Part shown: piece by piece, positions 59,876 through 64,000 of the stretch
Numbering within the stretch: the first letter of the stretch is position 1
Layout: each line of letters begins with the position of its first letter
Assembly (NCBI GenBank): GCA_045591645.1
Contig: JAZNTG010000001.1
Coordinates: 942-64,941 of the forward strand
Origin: Acutalibacteraceae bacterium
GTDB lineage: Bacteria; Bacillota; Clostridia; Oscillospirales; Acutalibacteraceae
Reading direction: 5' to 3'
Length of the DNA stretch: 64,000 nucleotides
Translations under genes and position numbers: made by a program
Notes under the pieces: generated by a model
Told to the model about the DNA's origin: nothing
What the model saw: only the letters and a program-made list of their open reading frames with translations
Databases searched by the model: none

Positions 59876-61309
59876 ATGATTTTTTTTAAGAAGATCTGCG
59901 CAATTTTGATTGCCGCTGTAATTTTAATTTTTACTTCGGGCTGCAGCGCAGATTACAAGGATGCTTATATATATTTTGAGCTTGAAAACAAACCATCTAC
60001 CCTTGACCCTCAGCTTGTGTCGACAAGGGAAGAAAATGTTATCGTGCGCTCTATTTTCGATACCCTGCTTCGCTATGATGAAAACGGGGATGTCGTTGCA
60101 TCTGCCTGCTCTTCATATGAGAAAAACGGACTTACCTACACCTTTAAGATAAGCCCCGACGCTTATTGGACGAGTGGCGAAAAGCTGACTGCATATGATT
60201 TTGAATTCGGCTTTAAGCGCGCACTTGATCCCGATACCGCTGCTCCTGCCGCCGCGACGCTGGGCTCTGTTGCGTCTGCAAATGCAAGCGATGCAGATAC
60301 CTTTGTTATAACACTATCCTTTGACGATCCTGACTTTTTAAACACCCTCACTACTTCCATCACTATGCCCTGTAATGAGAAATTCTTTAACGAATGCAAA
60401 GGCAGATACGGGCTTGAGCTAGAGACAACTCCTGCTTGCGGATCTTATTATATAAGGAAATGGCCGACCGAGAGTAAATTTCTTATAAGACTTGCTAAAA
60501 ATCTTGAATATAAGGGCTATTTTGAGGCAAGAAATATGCGTGTTTATTTCACCTGCGATGAGCGTGAAAACCTTGAAATGCTCACAGAAGACGATACCGA
60601 TTTTGCTTATGTATCTTGCGAGGAAGCTGAAAAAGCTGCCGAAAGCGGACTTAATACCTCGGCTTTAGAGGATGTTTCGTATATGCTTTTCCTCTCACCC
60701 TCTCTTTCAGAGGATATTCGTCTTGCAATTATGAAATCGGTAAAGAATGAGCAGAGCATTTATAACACCTATTACGGTTCTGCCGTTTCAAGCAGTATCG
60801 CGCCCAAGGCTCTTAAAGCTTCCCTTTCTGATTTTAAAACCGATTTTCCCTATGATATCGACCACGCGGCTCATCTTTACAGTGAAGCTATCTTAAACTC
60901 TGAGGACTCTTCACTCAGTGGCATTACGGTAAAATGCTATAGTGACCCCGCCGCCCTAGCCACCGCAAAGTCCCTAGCCGCACATTGGCAGCAGAAGCTC
61001 GGCGCTTTTGTAAATCTCGAAGAGGTAGCTTCACTCTCTTCTCTTGAAGCTGCTTATTCAAGCGATAATTACTCGATTATGATAATGCCCTTGACCGCCT
61101 CCTTCCGCCATTCGGCATCTTATCTTTCGCAGTTCAAGACAAAATCAACCGATCTTCAGTCAGCACAAAATGAGCTTGGCGAAGCATCTCTCTGCTATCC
61201 GCTGTTTAATCAGAGCAGCTATGTTGCGTCAGCTTCATATATTGAGAATTTCAACAAAATAATCGAGAACGGAATTCCCGATATCGCCCTCGCTATAAAG
61301 AAGGAATAA
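59876..61309 (+). CDS. Family-5 (peptide/nickel-type) ABC substrate-binding lipoprotein, orphan
   Basis: Lipobox FTSGC and LDPQL...SIFDTLLRYDENG, typical of SBP_bac_5. There is no adjacent permease or ATPase. Confidence 0.7.
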   Translation: MIFFKKICAILIAAVILIFTSGCSADYKDAYIYFELENKPSTLDPQLVSTREENVIVRSIFDTLLRYDENGDVVASACSSYEKNGLTYTFKISPDAYWTSGEKLTAYDFEFGFKRALDPDTAAPAAATLGSVASANASDADTFVITLSFDDPDFLNTLTTSITMPCNEKFFNECKGRYGLELETTPACGSYYIRKWPTESKFLIRLAKNLEYKGYFEARNMRVYFTCDERENLEMLTEDDTDFAYVSCEEAEKAAESGLNTSALEDVSYMLFLSPSLSEDIRLAIMKSVKNEQSIYNTYYGSAVSSSIAPKALKASLSDFKTDFPYDIDHAAHLYSEAILNSEDSSLSGITVKCYSDPAALATAKSLAAHWQQKLGAFVNLEEVASLSSLEAAYSSDNYSIMIMPLTASFRHSASYLSQFKTKSTDLQSAQNELGEASLCYPLFNQSSYVASASYIENFNKIIENGIPDIALAIKKE

Positions 61310-61333
61310 TTTTATAAAATTCGTCTTTTTTGG

Positions 61334-61362
61334 TTGACACATACAGTGCGCTATGATATAAT
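61334..61362 (+). promoter_or_regulatory. Consensus sigma-70 promoter of the pyr genes
   Basis: TTGACA, 17 nt, TATAAT. Confidence 0.7.
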
Positions 61363-61375
61363 CATTTGCAGTAAA

Positions 61376-61492
61376 TCTTTAAAGACGATACAGAGATATC
61401 GGCAAGATTAACGGATATTCAAATTTCAGATACTCTTTTGAGTGTCGGGTTTTTTGTGTGAGAGTCTTGCCAATATGGTAAGACTTTTTTGT
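61376..61492 (+). promoter_or_regulatory. PyrR-type transcription attenuator (binding-loop-like hairpin plus two terminator hairpins)
   Basis: AUCUU-UAAAGACGAUACAGAGAUAUCGGC-AAGAU resembles the PyrR binding loop. Hairpins at 61429-61446 and 61463-61485 are each followed by T6. Confidence 0.5.
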
Positions 61493-61510
61493 TTGGAAGG
61501 AGAAATTATA

Positions 61511-62716
61511 ATGTCAGTTAAACTGCAATCCGCTGTTCCCGCTGATATGACCTCTGCCCCCTTTGTTAAGTCATTCCTTGAAAACAAAGGCTGTAGTGTT
61601 TATAATTCTCAAAATTTCGTTTTGTTGCCCGGTTTTTGCGATGTGCATGTGCATTTTCGTGAGCCGGGTTTTCTTTATAAGGAGACTATCCTTTCGGGCA
61701 GCCGCGCCGCCGCCCACGGCGGATACACCGCTGTCTGTACTATGCCGAATTTAAAGCCTGTTCCGGACTCGGTCGACCACCTGAAGATTCAGACCGACGC
61801 TATAAAAAAGGATGCGGTAATTAAGGTATTCCCCTACGGTTCAATTACTGTTGGTGAGCTTGGCGAAGAGCTGTCGGATATGGAGGGAATTGCGCCCGAC
61901 TGCATTGCCTTTTCGGATGACGGCAGAGGTGTTCAGAGTGTCGATATGATGCGTAAGGCTATGATAAAGGCAAAGCGCCTCGGTAAAATGATAGTCGCAC
62001 ACTGTGAGGTAAACGAGCTGTTGCGCGGCGGTTATATCCACGACGGTGAATACGCTAAGACTCACGGCCACAAAGGAATTTGCTCTGAGAGCGAATATGC
62101 GCAGATAGCCCGTGACATAGAGCTTGTAAAGGAGACGGGAGTCGCCTACCACGTATGCCACATATCCACAAAGGAAAGCGTTGAGCTTATCAGAAAGGCA
62201 AAAGCCGAGGGTGTCGACATCACCTGCGAAACGGGACCCCACTACCTTGTTTATGACGATAGCGATCTTGCGGAGGACGGCAAATGGAAGATGAACCCAC
62301 CGCTGAGATCATGTAAGGACCGACTCGCACTCATAGAAGGCATAAAAGACGGAACAATAGATATGATAGCAACTGACCATGCGCCCCACTCTGACCAAGA
62401 AAAATCCAAAGGTCTTGAAAAGAGCGCGTTTGGAATCGTTGGACTTGAGACCGCTTTTGCAGTAATGTTCACGCACTTTGTAAAAACAGGTGTTATAACC
62501 CTCGAAAGGCTTGTAGAGCTTATGTCAACAAACCCTGCAAAGCGATTTGGAATAGATGTAAGCCGTGACTTTTCGGTATGGGATCTCTCTTCAGAATTTA
62601 CAGTAGACCCTGCCCACTTCTTGTCTCAAGGCAAGGCAACACCATTTGAAGGCAAAAAGCTCTTCGGCAAATGCTTAATGACAGTTTGCGAAGGTAAAAC
62701 AGTTTATAAAGATTAA
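61511..62716 (+). CDS. pyrC: Dihydroorotase
   Basis: Start after GGAAGGAG. DVHVHFREPG and DHAPH motifs. Confidence 0.93.
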   Translation: MSVKLQSAVPADMTSAPFVKSFLENKGCSVYNSQNFVLLPGFCDVHVHFREPGFLYKETILSGSRAAAHGGYTAVCTMPNLKPVPDSVDHLKIQTDAIKKDAVIKVFPYGSITVGELGEELSDMEGIAPDCIAFSDDGRGVQSVDMMRKAMIKAKRLGKMIVAHCEVNELLRGGYIHDGEYAKTHGHKGICSESEYAQIARDIELVKETGVAYHVCHISTKESVELIRKAKAEGVDITCETGPHYLVYDDSDLAEDGKWKMNPPLRSCKDRLALIEGIKDGTIDMIATDHAPHSDQEKSKGLEKSAFGIVGLETAFAVMFTHFVKTGVITLERLVELMSTNPAKRFGIDVSRDFSVWDLSSEFTVDPAHFLSQGKATPFEGKKLFGKCLMTVCEGKTVYKD

Positions 62717-62734
62717 TTTACGGAGGAATTTATA

Positions 62735-64000
62735 ATGGCAAAAAGAACAGACATCAAAAAGGTACTGATAATCGGCTCAGGTCCTATCGTTATCGGACAG
62801 GCTGCCGAATTCGACTATGCAGGCACACAGGCTTGTCTTGCTTTAAAGGAAGAAGGCTATGAGGTAGTTCTCTGCAACTCAAACCCCGCTACCATAATGA
62901 CTGACACCACTATTGCCGACAAGGTGTATATGGAGCCGCTGACCCTTGAATATATCGCAAAGATCCTCCGTTATGAGCGTCCCGACGCTATTGTCCCCGG
63001 CATCGGCGGACAGACGGGACTTAATCTTGCTATGCAGCTTGAAAAGAAGGGTATACTTCGCGAGTGCGGAGTAGAATTACTCGGCACATCCAGCGAGAGT
63101 ATTGAGCGCGCTGAAGACCGCGAGCTTTTTAAAGAACTTTGTCAGTCTATTGGTGAGCCTACCATCCCGTCTGAGATAACCTATGACCTTGAAGAAGCTA
63201 AGGCTGCAGCCGAGCGCATCGGCTACCCCGTCGTTTTGCGCCCCGCGTTTACCCTCGGCGGTACAGGCGGGGGCTTTGCCAACAACGAAAAAGAACTCGT
63301 AGAGATCGGTGTTAACGCTTTCAAGCTCTCCCCCGTTCATCAGGTGCTTATCGAAAAGAGCGTTAAGGGCTATAAGGAGATAGAGTTCGAGGTTATGCGT
63401 GACTCTAATGACCACGCTATCACCATCTGCGGTATGGAGAATATCGATCCTGTCGGCGTTCACACAGGTGACTCTCTCGTTGTAGCTCCTATTATGACCC
63501 TTAGTGACCACGACCTTAAGATGCTCAACGATTCGGCTATTAAGCTTATTAAAGCATTAAAGATCGAGGGCGGCTGTAATGTTCAGTTTGCGCTCGACCC
63601 ACACTCCTCACAGTATTATCTTATCGAGGTAAATCCCCGAGTTTCACGTTCTTCTGCGCTGGCAAGTAAGGCTTCAGGCTACCCAATAGCAAGAGTTACC
63701 GCGAAGATTGCGCTCGGTATGTCTCTTGAGGAGATAAAGATTGCAAACACAAACGCGGCATTTGAGCCCGCACTTGACTATGTTATCGCAAAACTTCCCC
63801 GCTTCCCCTTCGATAAGTTCACAACTGCTTCAAATATGCTCGGAACACAGATGAAGGCAACGGGCGAGGTTATGGGCATTGGCTCGACCCTCGAGGAATG
63901 TTTACTCAAGGGTATCCGCTCGCTTGAGGTCGGCGTAAACCACATCTATCACCAGAAGTTTGACAATATGAGCGATAACGATATCCGCGATTATATCAGC
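62735..64000 (+). CDS. carB: Carbamoyl-phosphate synthase large subunit (5' partial, runs off the window)
   Basis: My own translation is [34 protein letters not shown].... The frame is open to the window end and is absent from the ORF track because there is no stop codon. Confidence 0.93.
   Translation, partial: MAKRTDIKKVLIIGSGPIVIGQAAEFDYAGTQACLALKEEGYEVVLCNSNPATIMTDTTIADKVYMEPLTLEYIAKILRYERPDAIVPGIGGQTGLNLAMQLEKKGILRECGVELLGTSSESIERAEDRELFKELCQSIGEPTIPSEITYDLEEAKAAAERIGYPVVLRPAFTLGGTGGGFANNEKELVEIGVNAFKLSPVHQVLIEKSVKGYKEIEFEVMRDSNDHAITICGMENIDPVGVHTGDSLVVAPIMTLSDHDLKMLNDSAIKLIKALKIEGGCNVQFALDPHSSQYYLIEVNPRVSRSSALASKASGYPIARVTAKIALGMSLEEIKIANTNAAFEPALDYVIAKLPRFPFDKFTTASNMLGTQMKATGEVMGIGSTLEECLLKGIRSLEVGVNHIYHQKFDNMSDNDIRDYIS

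Noticed and set aside
61442-61510. N-terminal extension of pyrC suggested by the ORF track
   Set aside because: The extension is translated across two terminator hairpins of the attenuator. The ATG at 61511 has a proper GGAAGGAG SD.
63077-63511. 144-aa ORF on the minus strand
   Set aside because: It is antisense to the clearly coding carB frame.

Overview
This 64-kb window looks like core chromosome from a low-GC, endospore-forming Firmicute; Clostridia or Oscillospiraceae-like is my inference from gene content, not a database hit. I call about 68 CDS, 7 tRNAs, 5 sigma-70-type promoters (4 near-consensus) and several intrinsic terminators. Where the SD sequence and start codon visibly support it, I moved ORF-track starts.

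Most of the window is housekeeping synteny known from Bacillus and Clostridium:
- ylxM-ffh-rpsP-KH-rimM-trmD
- typA
- clpC-like, pgsA, cvpA
- a methyltransferase followed by ecfA-ecfA-ecfT-truA
- ruvCAB
- potABCD
- an amino-acid ABC transporter
- xerD-spoIIM, proC
- priA-def-fmt-rsmB-rlmN-stp-prkC-rsgA
- yicC-remA-gmk-rpoZ
- mutS2
- yqfC-yqfD-phoH-ybeY-era-yqzL-recO
- ylbJ
- pyrC-carB behind a PyrR-type attenuator

I see no CRISPR array, transposase, phage integrase, restriction, toxin-antitoxin or other recognisable defence module. I cannot honestly point to a clear novel multi-gene system.

The best second-look items are:
1. A small cassette next to tRNA-Arg, bracketed by a 62-bp direct repeat and a duplicated tRNA 3' end. 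It sits beside a tRNA-like relic with internal repeats.
2. A structured leader of about 180 nt upstream of potABCD, with mutually exclusive pairings that include the SD flank.
3. A translationally coupled typA / DEDDh-exonuclease-Zn-ribbon / radical-SAM unit.
4. A ClpC-type unfoldase whose N-domain is replaced by a Cys4 ribbon.
5. Several orphan structured or repeat-bearing intergenic regions next to tRNA genes, and in the proC/SDR and SulP leaders.

All functional calls rest on reading motifs in the translations and on remembered family signatures. No searches were run.
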